DNA of 64,000 nucleotides. Source: Ranitomeya imitator (lineage: Eukaryota). Shown piece after piece: positions 35,270 through 48,569 of the stretch (position 1 is the stretch's first letter; each line of letters begins with the position of its first letter). Below the pieces are notes generated by a model. The model was not told where the DNA came from, ran no database searches, and was given only the letters and a program-made list of their open reading frames with translations. The translations under genes were made by a program, and so were the position numbers. The stretch is from NCBI RefSeq assembly GCF_032444005.1, contig NC_091285.1:607972001-608036000 (forward strand), written 5' to 3'.

Positions 35270-37270
35270 GTAGACAGGTATCACTTAAAATCATGATGAT
35301 TTATTATGGTTCTCCAAAGTGTCCGTAAAAAATAATGTTTGTTTGTGATTTTTGGATAAGCTGTCGAGAAAAAATAAAAAGTCAGGTTGGCATCGCTAAT
35401 AACTCTGGTGCCACCATCATGTTTCTCTGTTGACACCAGGCATTTTTCTTTGTGCTCCTCACCTTTGCAATGGCTCAAAGCTTTAAAGCCATCAGTTCCA
35501 AAAACATTTATCATGATTTCATCACTCATGAGTATAGAGTCCCAGTAGTTTTCAATTTTCTAGCCTGGGCCCTGGCTAATTGTATGTGGCCTTTTTTTTG
35601 TGCATGGGCTTTAGGAAACCCTTGCATGATAAGTCACCCCGTCTGGGCCGTGGGGTACTCGGTACCGGGTCCAGTTTTCACAGGGGGATGTCACGGTGGT
35701 GACGCGGTCCGTGGCCAAGGGCGCCCATGTAAAGGGAAAGGTCTTTAAAGGGAATAAAGTTTATGTTCGTGACGCCACCTGTAGTATTCGGTCAGTGGGG
35801 ACCGACGTTGCTTTAAGGGGTCCTCTGGGGTTATGTTATGGCAGCTAGATGGTATACCTTCCCACAGGTGAAGTATATCCCCAGGGCTCCCGGTGTGTAG
35901 ATGGTGGATGGTGAATGGCGCAGTAAAGAACCAGGACACGGGTTTGCAGTCTCTTTACCTTGTTTATTGAATACTTCAGCATCCACAGTCCAGGGCACCA
36001 GATCACAGGGCAGGCAGGGTCCGGCCGGCTTGGAGGCAAGTTAGGAGTCCCCTTACCCAGGTGAAGATCAAAGCCTTCCTCTAACACGGTGGTGTTGTAG
36101 TCCCTTACTGCCTATGGCTTCACATAAGGTCCTCACAGATGTTCTCTCTCTGTCCCCCGTATAGGATAGGACATAACCCGTATGGCTGGTGACTTGAGCC
36201 TGTTTATAGGGACTCTAGCATGCCCTGGGCTCTATGGGTGTCACCTTACCTTCTGGGTATTATGAAGGACAGGTAACTTGGAGTTCAGCTGTCCTGACGG
36301 TCTCTGATGTAACTTGTAGAGGCCCCATGTTCCGGCTACCGGTCTCTGCGCCTCAGAAGGAGGCAGCCTGCTCGTGGCTGGTCTCCCACTGGCGTTCCTC
36401 TCCTGTGCTTCGCTCTCCTACATACTCACTGCAATATATTCGGCTTTCATATAATCTCTTTCTAGGAACTGCAGCACTGCAGCTACACAGCTCCGTACAC
36501 CCTCTTCTGTCTCAGACTGCTCCAGTCTTTTTCCTGGCAAGAACTGACTAACTTTCCCTACAAACTACCATATATATTAGGAGTCACCTAGTAAATAGGA
36601 TCATAAGCTCCCCCTGGTGGCCTGGAGTGTGAATGTGTTGCATGCTTGTGTTTACCTGGTGACAGTTATCCCTTCTTGCCTCCAAACGTAACATCACTCT
36701 CCCTGTGAGGATAGCAATGATACTGTGACGACCAGGACCCTGGGGCGCCACAATACCATTTCTCTTTAGATTTTCTTTATCCCTTTTCACCAGATGATGC
36801 TGCTGTTTAGGTGTTAACTTCTATGGTCGACCTGGAGGTTTCTGTGAGCTGGTTGCAGTTTTGACTTACATTTTCGTATCACTTTTGCTACAACATTCTG
36901 ACTGATAAGTAAAGCTTTGCTGGTCTTCTTGTAGCCATCACCATTCTTGTGTAAAGAAAATATTTTGTTTCTCAGGTTTTGTGATATTTCTCTTCCATGT
37001 GGTGCCATTGCACAAAATGGGAAAAGTTTTTTGTTTTTTTTATGTAACACCCTTTTATAGTAATTTGTCTGCTGGACACCTGTGTAATGAATAATTAGAC
37101 CTACCTGTGGCTGAATTCCTGTTAATTAGAATTTTGTAGCCTAAACTTTAGCTTTCCTCCTAAGACTTTCATTGGGGTGTACTCATTATTGCAACATGGT
37201 TGTCTATTAATTTGTTAGGAAAATTACTTTTTTGGGGGGTGAAAAATAACAAACCTTGTTTGCAATCAAT
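35270..37270 (-). mobile_element. Old Tc1-like remnant interrupted by a solo LTR
   Basis: ORF 36814..37050 contains MAPHGREISQNLRNKIFSLHKNGDGYKKTSKALLISQNVVAKVIRK, a Tc1 N-terminal HTH; boundaries approximate. Confidence 0.7.
35630..36752 (-). mobile_element. Solo LTR, same family as 19956-20984
   Basis: Minus strand starts TGTGGCGCCCCAGGGTCCTGGTCGTCACAGT and ends with a gtaccgagtacccca motif shared with the 20.9-kb copy. Confidence 0.75.
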
Positions 37271-38020
37271 GCCCCACATTTGTGGAAGCATTTTCTTGTA
37301 TGGTATGGCATAGAGAATTCTGATACTGAAAGGGAGGAAAAATATATGTAACGTATATATCTTTCTTTGTCAGTGTTTTTTGTAATTTTTGTAATAACAT
37401 TTTTAAACTTCTTTGGACTTGGACTACTAGTCTCTTATAGGTTATATATCTAAAAGGAGCGTCCACTGCTATCCCTTTGTTGGCTACTTATAGGCAATTA
37501 GTCATGATACATTAATATATTATCACATAATGTCTTTTGTTTGGATGATATTTATCACTTGTTCGCACCTACGGTCCCGTACTTCTCCTGCCAGTGACCT
37601 CGTTCTTCCTGAATCTGTTCCTGTCCATCCTGTCTGAGCATGGCACAGCTCCGGAGTCTGCCCTGGAGTAGCACCTAGCATCCCCCTGAGTTCAAGTCTA
37701 ACCACACCATCACGGGCTTTAGTGAAGAACCAGGTGGGCGCTCAGTTACGCCCCTCGAGGCTCTCACCAGACTGTGGCACAGTAAGTCCAAGATCAACGC
37801 ACGAGCGTTACAGTTTGCAGTGTGTCAATGTTCAGGACCTTTGTCTTTCTCAGCCCTTATTCACACAGACGTCACTATGGCGCATGGTAAGGTTTTAATA
37901 CTAGAGGTTAGGACCACCCACAATTTGGGTACACCTTGACGCTGGTGGGTTGTTATTTATAAATGTCACTATATAGCAATATGCACAATAGCTTTTACTT
38001 AGCTACTTACAGCAGGGTAT

Positions 38021-38243
38021 CATAGTAACATAGTAACATAGTTAGTAAGGCCGAAAAAAAACATTTGTCCATCCAGTTCAGCCTATATTCCATCATAATA
38101 AATCCCCAGATCTACGTCCTTCTACAGAACCTAATAATTGTATGATACAATATTGTTCTGCTCCAGGAAGACATCCAGGCCTCTCTTGAACCCCTCGACT
38201 GAGTTCGCCATCACCACCTCCTCAGGCAAGCAATTCCAGATTC
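38021..38243 (-). mobile_element. Young CR1 3'-end fragment fused to half a MITE
   Basis: Nearly identical to 40816-41038, with (CATAGTAA)n tail; switches abruptly at 38244 into GGTACC-MITE sequence. Confidence 0.9.
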
Positions 38244-38499
38244 CAGAGCGCCGGGGACAGACAGCTGAAGGTAAGTATGTAGTGTTTGTTTTTTTTACTT
38301 TTACGATGGTAACCAGGGTAAACATCGGGTTACTAAGCGCGGCCCTGCGCTTAGTAACCCGATGTTTACCCTGGTTACCGGCATCGTTGGTCGCTGGAGA
38401 GCTGTCTGTGTGACAGCTCTCCAGCGACCAAACAGCGACGCTACAGCGATCGACATCGTTGTCGGTATCGCTGCAGCGTCGCTTAGTGTGAAGGTACCT
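38244..38499. mobile_element. Right half of a GGTACC-ended MITE
   Basis: Matches 51620-51876 and 22550-22806; ends gtgtgaaGGTACCT|TTA. Confidence 0.85.
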
Positions 38500-38776
38500 T
38501 TAGTAAAAGTATGTTTAATAGCCAATATGAACATGCTCCTATTTTGCATGCATACCAACTTATACTCCAGTTAATTTTTTCAGCTTAGTTTAACAAAATT
38601 GTCCAGCCCTTTTTGGAGTTTTGTGTGAAACGATGACCATTATTTCTTTCTACCTCTGTGTTTTTATGTTGTTCCAATACACACAAAGGAAATATGTATA
38701 TAACAAAACACGTGTAATTGCAATAATTTTCTGGGAGAAACAATTCATTTCCTGGAACAATTTCAAGGGTGCCAAC

Positions 38777-39840
38777 TAGTGATGAGCGAGTAAACTCGTT
38801 ACTCGAGATTTCCCGAGCATACTCGGGTGGTCTCCGAGAATTTCAGCGTGCTCAGAGATTTAAAGACACAAAAGATCACAGTCAAAAATACTCTGTTGTA
38901 AAAAAAAATCACAGTAATAAGCAAGTGCTAGTCAAAAGATGGAAAAAACAGGGTATTTAGTTGATATTTTTTTTGCAAAAAAATGTATACTAAGCTGCTC
39001 CACCAATTGTCAAGGTATACCCATATAGAGCAGTCCTACCTAATGTATATAATCCCTATCTGATGTATTTAAAACCTGATCATCTGTATAGTACCTGTAT
39101 AAGCAGGGTTCAGAGAGGGAATATCCGTGTGGACATGCTGGATGGAACAGCTTTGATGCAAATGACCCATAAGGAGTGGTGAACTCCCTAGTTTTGTAGA
39201 AACAAGAGAACAATTATGGAACCAGAAACACATGGGCTGCTTGCACATTGAACAAGTCTGTAGGAACCTGTTCACACACCACCAAGAAACTTGAAGACAC
39301 AAAAAAGCACAGTGAGGTCAAAAATACTCTATTGTAAAAAAAATCACAGTAATAAGCAATTGCTAGTCAAAAGATGGAAAAAACAGGGTATTTAGTTGAT
39401 ACGTTTTTTTGCAAAAAAATGTAACTAAGCTGCTCCATCAATCGTCAAGGTATACCCATATAGAGCAGTCCTACCTAATGTATATAATCCTTATCTGATG
39501 TATTTAAAAACCTGATCATCTGTATACTACCTGTATAAGCAGGGTTCAGAGAGGGAATTGTCATGTGGACATGCTGGATGGAACAGCATTGATGCAAATG
39601 ACCCATAAGGAGTGGTGTTTCTGGTTCTGCTCAGAGATTTAGTTTATGTCGATGCAGATTCATGATTTACGGCTGATAGACAGCTTGAATACATGTGAGG
39701 ACGCTCTAATAAACAGGCAACCCCCACATGTATTCAAGCTGTCTAACAGTCACAAATCATGCATCTGCATCGACATAAACTAAATCTCCTAGCATGCTGA
39801 AATACTCGGAGACCACCCGAGCATGCTCAGAGAAACCCGT
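38777..39840. mobile_element. TAGTGATG-type (hAT-like) MITE with an internal ~436-bp tandem duplication
   Basis: Starts TAGTGATGAGCGAG; degenerate inverted end at 39780-39840; 38866-39182 is repeated at about 39296-39617. Confidence 0.6.
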
Positions 39841-39926
39841 ATATATATATATAAAATGGTAGAACAGCACAGTTAGAATAGGGTGCAAAGCCTCACAGGT
39901 ACATACCAGTCCCCATGAACAAAAAC

Positions 39927-40128
39927 CAGAAAAGATTGAGGCAGCACACCACATTAAAGTTGAAAAAAGTGCTCCTTAATGGCCCATATGGCGGCGACAT
40001 TTCAGTCCTAGGTGTGGACCGAAAGCTTTAGAAAGGTCCACACCTAGGACTGAAATGTCGCCGCCATATGGGTCATTAAAGAGCACTTTTTTTATCCTTA
40101 ATGTGGAGTGCTACCTCAATCTTTTCTG
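39927..40128. repeat. 94-bp-arm hairpin containing a degenerate hammerhead-like motif
   Basis: Arms 39927-40020 and 40035-40128 with a 14-nt loop; the inner ~40 bp are essentially perfect. Confidence 0.85.

Positions 40129-40130
<2 letters not shown>

Positions 40131-40170
<40 letters not shown>
40131..40170. repeat. (TA)20 microsatellite
   Basis: Directly visible; abuts a Tc1-like end. Confidence 0.95.
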
Positions 40171-40173
<3 letters not shown>

Positions 40174-40816
40174 TCAGGTCCAGAAATATTTGGACAATGA
40201 CCGAAATCTTAATAATATGGGCTCTGCATGCCACTATTTTTGATTTAAAAACAACAGATGCAATTGAAATGGAGACTTTCAGGTTTAATTAAAGGGGTTG
40301 GACAAAAATATCCTGTGAAACATTAAAGATTTGCAACTATTTTTTTACAAATCCACCTCATTTCAGGGGCTGAGAAGTAATTGGACACATTAAATTTTTA
40401 ACACTTTGTAGAGAATCCTTTGCATGTGATGACTGCCTGAAGTCTGGAAGCCATGAACATCACCAAGCACTGGATTCTCTCCTTTGTGATGTTTTGCCGG
40501 CCTTTTCTGCAGATGACTTCAGTTGTTGCTTGTTTGGATGTTTCTACTTTAAGTTTTGTCTGCAGCATGTGAAATGCTGCTCATTGGGTTTACGATCTGG
40601 TGCTACACTTGGCCATTGCAGAATATTCCACTTCTATGCCTTAAATACCTCCTGGGTTGCTTTTGCAGCATGTTTTGGGTCATTGTCTGTAGTTTTAAGA
40701 GCCATCCATTCACCTGCATCTGGTCTATTTTTAAGGCTGAGTAATGGTTTGCACCTTGTGGTGAACCCTCTGTATTTCCTCTCATTATGTCTTCTCTTTA
40801 CAGTACACTTGAATAC

Positions 40817-43395
40817 ATAGTAACATAGTAACATAGTTAGTAAGGCCGAAAAAAGACATTTGTCCATCCAGTTCAGCCTATATTCCGTCATAATAAATCC
40901 CCAGATCTACGTCCTTTTACAGAACCTAATAATTGTATGATACAATATTGTTCTGCTCCAGGAAGACATCCAGGCCTCTCTTGAACCCCTCGACTGAGTT
41001 CGCCATCACCACCTCCTCAGGCAAGCAATTCCAGATTCTCACTGCCCTAACAGTAAAGAATCCTCTTCTATGTTGGTGGAAAAACCTTCTCTCCTCCAGA
41101 CGCAAAGAATGCCCCCTTGTGCCCGTCACCTTCCTTGGTATAAACAGATCCTCAGCGAGATATTTGTATTGTCCCCTTATATACTTATACATGGTTATTA
41201 GATCGCCCCTCAGTCGTCTTTTTTCTAGACTAAATAATCCTAATTTCGCTAATCTATCTGGGTATTGTAGTTCTCCCATCCCCTTTATTAATTTTGTTGC
41301 CCTCCTTTGTACTCTCTCTAGTTCCATTATATCCTTCCTGAGCACCGGTGCCCAAAACTGGACACAGTACTCCATGTGCGGTCTAACTAGGGATTTGTAC
41401 AGAGGCAGTATAATGCTCTCATCATGTGTATCCAGACCTCTTTTAATGCACCCCATGATCCTGTTTGCCTTGGCAGCTGCTGCCTGGCACTGGCTGCTCC
41501 AGGTAAGTTTATCATTAACTAGGATCTCCAAGTCCTTCTCCCTGTCAGATTTACCCAGTGGTTTCCCGTTCAGTGTGTAATGGTGATATTGATTCCCTCT
41601 TCCCATGTGTATAACCTTACATTTATCATTGTTAAACCTCATCTGCCACCTTTCAGCCCAAGTTTCCAACTTATCCAGATCCATCTGTAGCAGAATACTA
41701 TCTTCTCTTGTATTAACTGCTTTACATAGTTTTGTATCATCTGCAAATATCGATATTTTACTGTGTAAACCTTCTACCAGATCATTAATGAATATGTTGA
41801 AGAGAACAGGTCCCAATACTGACCCCTGCGGTACCCCACTGGTCACAGCGACCCAGTTAGAGACTATACCATTTATAACCACCCTCTGCTTTCTATCACT
41901 AAGCCAGTTACTAACCCATTTACACACATTTTCCCCCAGACCAAGCATTCTCATTTTGTGTACCAACCTCTTGTGCGGCACGGTATCAAACGCTTTGGAA
42001 AAATCGAGATATACCATGTCCAATGACTCACCGTGGTCCAGTCTATAGCTTACCTCTTCATAAAAACTGATTAGATTGGTTTGACAGGAGCGATTTCTCA
42101 TAAACCCATGCTGATATGGAGTTAAACAGTTATTCTCATTGAGATAATCCAGAATAACATCCCTCAGAAACCCTTCAAATATTTTACCAACAATAGAGGT
42201 TAGACTTACTGGCCTATAATTTCCAGGTTCACTTTTAGAGCCCTTTTTGAATATTGGCACCACATTTGCTATGCGCCAGTCCTGCGGAACAGACCCTGTC
42301 GCTATAGAGTCACTAAAAATAAGAAATAATGGTTTATCTATTACATTACTTAGTTCTCTTAGTACTCGTGGGTGTATGCCATCCGGACCCGGAGATTTAT
42401 CTATTTTAATCTTATTTAGCCGGTTTCGCACCTCTTCTTGGGTTAGATTGGTGACCCTTAATATAGGGTTTTCATTGTTTCTTGGGATTTCACCTAGCAT
42501 TTCATTTTCCACCGTGAATACTGTGGAGAAGAAGGTGTTTAATATGTTAGCTTTTTCCTCGTCATCTACAACCATTCTTTCCTCACTATTTTTTAAGGGG
42601 CCTACATTTTCAGTTTTTATTCTTTTACTATTGATATAGTTGAAGAACAGTTTGGGATTAGTTTTACTCTCCTTAGCAATGTGCTTCTCTGTTTCCTTTT
42701 TGGCAGCTTTAATTAGTTTTTTAGATAAAGTATTTTTCTCCCTATAGTTTTTTAGAGCTTCAATGGTGCCATCCTGCTTTAGTAGTGCAAATGCTTTCTT
42801 TTTACTGTTAATTGCCTGTCTTACTTCTTTGTTTAGCCACATTGGGTTTTTCCTATTTCTAGTCCTTTTATTCCCACAAGGTATAAACCGCTTACACTGC
42901 CTATTTAGGATGTTCTTAAACATTTCCCATTTATTATCTGTATTCTTATTTCTGAGGATATTGTCCCAGTCTACCAGATTAAGGGCATCTCTAAGCTGGT
43001 CAAACTTTGCCTTCCTAAAGTTCAGTGTTTTTGTGACTCCCTGACAAGTCCCCCTAGTGAAAGACAGGTGAAACTGCACAATATTGTGGTCGCTATTTCC
43101 TAAATGCCCAACCACCTGCAGATTTGTTATTCTGTCAGGTCTATTAGATAGTATTAGGTCTAAAAGTGCTGCTCCTCTGGTTGGATTCTGCACCAATTGT
43201 GAAAGATAATTTTTCTTGGTTATTACCAGAAACCTGTTGCCTTTATGGGTTTCACAGGTTTCTGTTTCCCAGTTAATATCCGGGTAGTTAAAGTCCCCCA
43301 TAACCAGGACCTCATTATGGGTTGCAGCTTCATCTATCTGCTTTAGAAGTAGACTTTCCATGCTTTCTGTTATATTTGGGGGTTTGTAACAGACC
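40817..43395 (-). mobile_element. CR1 LINE, 5'-truncated, young
   Basis: Uninterrupted ORF2 portion, 3'UTR and (TTACTATG)n tail; possible AATAC TSD (40812-40816 and 43404-43408). Confidence 0.95.
40926..43361 (-). CDS. CR1 ORF2 fragment (end of APE endonuclease plus reverse transcriptase), 811 aa
   Basis: Motifs MGDFNYPDINW, SDHN, YRPVSLTS, YLDFSKAFDTVPH, GVPQGSVLGP, FADDTKL; no stops. The 5' part of the endonuclease is missing, so it is probably not autonomous. Confidence 0.9.
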   Translation of the reverse strand: MESLLLKQIDEAATHNEVLVMGDFNYPDINWETETCETHKGNRFLVITKKNYLSQLVQNPTRGAALLDLILSNRPDRITNLQVVGHLGNSDHNIVQFHLSFTRGTCQGVTKTLNFRKAKFDQLRDALNLVDWDNILRNKNTDNKWEMFKNILNRQCKRFIPCGNKRTRNRKNPMWLNKEVRQAINSKKKAFALLKQDGTIEALKNYREKNTLSKKLIKAAKKETEKHIAKESKTNPKLFFNYINSKRIKTENVGPLKNSEERMVVDDEEKANILNTFFSTVFTVENEMLGEIPRNNENPILRVTNLTQEEVRNRLNKIKIDKSPGPDGIHPRVLRELSNVIDKPLFLIFSDSIATGSVPQDWRIANVVPIFKKGSKSEPGNYRPVSLTSIVGKIFEGFLRDVILDYLNENNCLTPYQHGFMRNRSCQTNLISFYEEVSYRLDHGESLDMVYLDFSKAFDTVPHKRLVHKMRMLGLGENVCKWVSNWLSDRKQRVVINGIVSNWVAVTSGVPQGSVLGPVLFNIFINDLVEGLHSKISIFADDTKLCKAVNTREDSILLQMDLDKLETWAERWQMRFNNDKCKVIHMGRGNQYHHYTLNGKPLGKSDREKDLEILVNDKLTWSSQCQAAAAKANRIMGCIKRGLDTHDESIILPLYKSLVRPHMEYCVQFWAPVLRKDIMELERVQRRATKLIKGMGELQYPDRLAKLGLFSLEKRRLRGDLITMYKYIRGQYKYLAEDLFIPRKVTGTRGHSLRLEERRFFHQHRRGFFTVRAVRIWNCLPEEVVMANSVEGFKRGLDVFLEQNNIVSYNY

Positions 43396-45045
43396 TGATA
43401 CCTAATACTGAAACACCTACTTCCTGGAAAGTGTTCTTCACTTGAGTGGACGTTGAGAAGGGGCTTTTTTTCACCATGGAAAGGATTCTGCTATTATCCA
43501 CCACTGTTGTCTTCCGTGGATGTCCAGGCCTTTCTGAGTTCCCAAGCTCACTAATGTGCTCCTTTTAAAAAATATATAGATATATATACCAAACTGTTGA
43601 TTTTGCCACTCCTATCATTTTTGCTATCTGTCAGATGGATTTCTTCTTACTTTAGCCTAATGATGGTCCGTTTCTTTTCCATTGGGAGCTCCTTTGACCG
43701 CATTTTGTGGGTTCACAACAAAAGCTTTCAAATGCAAATGCCACACCTAGATTCAGCTCAGGATCTTTTACCTGCTTAATAGATGATGGATTTATGAGGG
43801 AATAGCCCATGCAGCCCGTTAAAGAGCTTTTTAGATAATTGTCCATTACTTTTGGTCTCTTTAAAAAGAGGCAGCAACATATTAAATAGCTGTGATTCCT
43901 AACCCAAACTCCAGGTAATCCAATTAGGATGTGAATACCATCAATTTAAAACTCAGAGTCTACACTTTAAGACCATATTGCTATAAGTGTATCTTGAACA
44001 TGATTTGGTAAATAGCTAAAATAACAAAACTTGTATCACTGTCCAAATTTTTCTGGAACTATCTGTATATATGTACAGCGAGTAACATAAGTTTTTGATG
44101 CGCTGCCGTTTCTGCAAGTTTTCTCACCTATAAAGAATGGAAAGGTCTGTTATTTTTTATCGTAGGTACACTTCAACTGTGAGAGATATAACCTTAAAAA
44201 ATCCAGAAAATGACATTGCATGATTTTTACATACCGTAATTAATCTGCAGTTTATTGTATGAAATAAGTATTTGATACAATAAAAACACAGAACTTAATG
44301 TTTGGTACAGTTTGCACACACTGCAGCAGGGATTTTGGCCCACTCCGCCATACAGATTTTCTTCAGATCTTTCAGGTTTCGGGGCTGTTGCTGGACAATA
44401 TTGAGTTTAAGCTTCCTTCACATATTTTCTTTCGGTTTCAGATCTGGAAACTGGCTAGGCCACTCCAGAACTGGAGATGCTTTTTACTGAGCCACTCCTT
44501 AGTTGCCCTGGCTATGTGTTCGGGTCATGACCCATCTTCAATGCTCTTATTGAGGGAAGGAGGTTGTTGGCCAAAATCTCGCAATACATGAACCCATCAA
44601 TCCTTCCTTAAATAAGTAATCCTGTCCCCTTTGCATAAAAACACCCTCAAAGTATTTTGTTTCTCCCACCATGCTTCATGGTTGGGACAGTGTTCTTTTT
44701 TATTGTACTCTTTCTTTCTTCTTCCTCCAAACACGGTGAGTGAAGTTGATTCCAAAAAGTTCTATTTTGGTCTCATCTGACCACATGACCTTCTCTCATG
44801 CCTCCCCTGAATCATCTAGAGGGCCATTGGCGAACTTCAAACAGGTCTTGACATGTGCTGGCGTGAGAAGGGTAACTTTGTGTGCCATGTAGGATTTTAG
44901 TCCATGACGGAATAGTGTGTTACTAATGGTAATGTTTGACTGTGGTCCCAGCTCTCTTCATTCAGGTCACTGACCAGGTCCTGTAGTTCTGGGCTGATTC
45001 CTGATCTTTCTCATATCATCCTTACCACATGAGGGGAGATCCTGC

Positions 45046-45662
45046 TGTCACAGGTTTACTGCGCCAGAGAGATGCCAGAAGACCGCAGCAATTGTGTAAC
45101 TTTCTTTTAGCAGCGCAGGGGTTAATGTGCTCAGTTGAGAGCTTCTTGAAACTTTCTTGCATTAAGGCTCTCAGCTGTGCACTGTTAGCCAATTCCATCT
45201 CTTATATAAACTGGGTCCTGGCTACCACTCATTATTATCAAAGCTAGCTTTTGCTGCATGGCTGGACGCTGTTGATGGTTGTTGTTTGAGAAGGCATTTG
45301 GGGGATTTATCTGTGACTGTTGCTAGGTTTTGACTTTGTAATAATTCCCTTTTTTCTACTACTTTGGTTTAACCCCATCCTCCAGTCCTCGGTGTTTACC
45401 TTAGTTGTTTATGCGTGTATATTTGTATGATTGGTATTTTCCTTTATCCCTGTTCGTTTTACCTTGTTAGTCTGTTTAGTATATTATGGTACACTACTAC
45501 TCCCCTCTTCCCTGGGTGGGAGAAGGGTACAGGTTGAGGGTGGATTCAGGAGATAAGATAAGGTACGTGGCCCCGATGTCTTCACCGTCTGAAGTAATGT
45601 GGGGAACAGTGTGAGCTTAGTCACCCCTAGCGTTAGGGACAGGAAAGGAAAGAGTCATGACA
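45046..45662. mobile_element. Solo LTR with a perfect 5-bp TSD
   Basis: TGTCA...TGACA ends; CCTGC at 45041-45045 and 45663-45667. Confidence 0.9.
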
Positions 45663-46110
45663 CCTGCATGGAGCCCCAGACAGAGGAAGATTGACAGTTA
45701 TCTTTTGTTTCTTCCATTTTCTAATAATTGTGCCAACAGTTTTTGCCTTCTCATCAAGTGCTTGCCTATTGTCCTGTAGCCCATCACAGCCTTGTTCAGG
45801 TCTGCAATTTTTGTCCCTGGTGTCCTTAGACAGCTATTTGGTCTTGGCCATGGTGGAGAGGTTGGAGTGTGATTGAGTGTGTGGACAGGTGTCTTTTAGA
45901 CAGGTAACAAGTTTAAACCAGTGCAATTAATAGAGGTAATGTGCAGAGTAGGAGGGCTTCCTAAAGAAGAACTAACAGGTCTGTGAAAGCCTGAATTCTT
46001 GCTGATTGGTAGGTGATCAAATACTTATCTCATGCAATAAAATTAAATTTAATTATTTCAAAATCATACAATGTGATTTCCTGTGATTTATTTTTAGATT
46101 CTGCCTCTTA

Positions 46111-46315
46111 GGACGAGGTCACACTTGCGAGTGCAATGCAAGAAACTCACGCAAGTCTCTCGCTTCAATACCTGGCACTGCCGCTGGCATTTGAGACCGG
46201 AGAGTGCAGCTGCATGTATTTCTATGTAGCCACACGATTCGGTCCCGAGTGCCGGCGCCAGTGCCAGGTATTGATGCGAGTTTCTCACATTGCACTCGCA
46301 AGTGTGACCCCGGCC
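46111..46315. mobile_element. Short Harbinger-type MITE
   Basis: TIR GG(A/C)CG(A/G)GGTCACACTTGCGAGTGCAATG; TTA TSD. Confidence 0.85.
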
Positions 46316-46596
46316 TTACAGTTGAAGTGTATCTACGATAAAAATTAAAGACCTCTCCATTCTTTGTAGGTGGGAATATTTGCAAGATTTGCAGTATATC
46401 AAATACTTATTTTTCACCCTGTATATGCATACAAATGTGCAAATATGGATATAGAAATCTCCTATTATGGATTTAACACAGCTTGCTTTTATTTTTTGCT
46501 GGACAGCATTTAAAAAAAAATCACAAGTAGGCAACATTTTTAACAGACATATTAGGGCATGTTAGGTTAGGCTATGGGTTGAACTAGATGGACTTA

Positions 46597-48217
<1,621 letters not shown>

Positions 48218-48569
48218 TATAGTCTTCCTTCAACCTTAATAACTATGTAACTATATATTGGAAAACTATAATAAATTATTAATATGATACATTTCTACAG
48301 TCCATAATTTTGGACATGAACACATTAATTTTGTTGGCCATGTGATTATATCACTTGCTTGTCCATTATTGTTACATGTTTTTTTTTCTTACTCCACTTT
48401 GTGTTACCCTAATGGCATTCCTCAATCCTTTTTATCTTTCATTTTCCACCAATATTTCTCTTTCCCTGAATATTTTGTAGTGTGAGATATAGTATTTTTT
48501 TCTATAGTTTTATGTCACTGATTTTCACAGATTCCAATCATTTATCCCCTTGTTTTGCAGTTTTTCTAA

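Larger units (their letters stand above)
40171..44065 (-). mobile_element. Decayed Tc1-like element hosting the CR1 insertion
   Basis: Imperfect TIRs CAGTCAGGTCCAGAAATATTTGGACA / TGTCCAAATTTTTCTGGAACTATCTG with TA flanks; ORF 40634..40891 contains DNDPKHAAKATQE. Confidence 0.75.
44076..46421 (-). mobile_element. Decayed Tc1-like element with nested LTR and MITE
   Basis: Ends CAGCGAGTAACATAAGTTTTTGA / TCAAATACTTATTTTTCACCCTG with TA flanks; decayed transposase-like sequence inside. Confidence 0.75.

Noticed and set aside
40933-43044. Plus-strand ORFs of 93-215 aa
   Set aside because: Antisense shadows of the CR1 ORF2; overlapping ORFs at the Tc1 copies are likewise alternative-frame artefacts.
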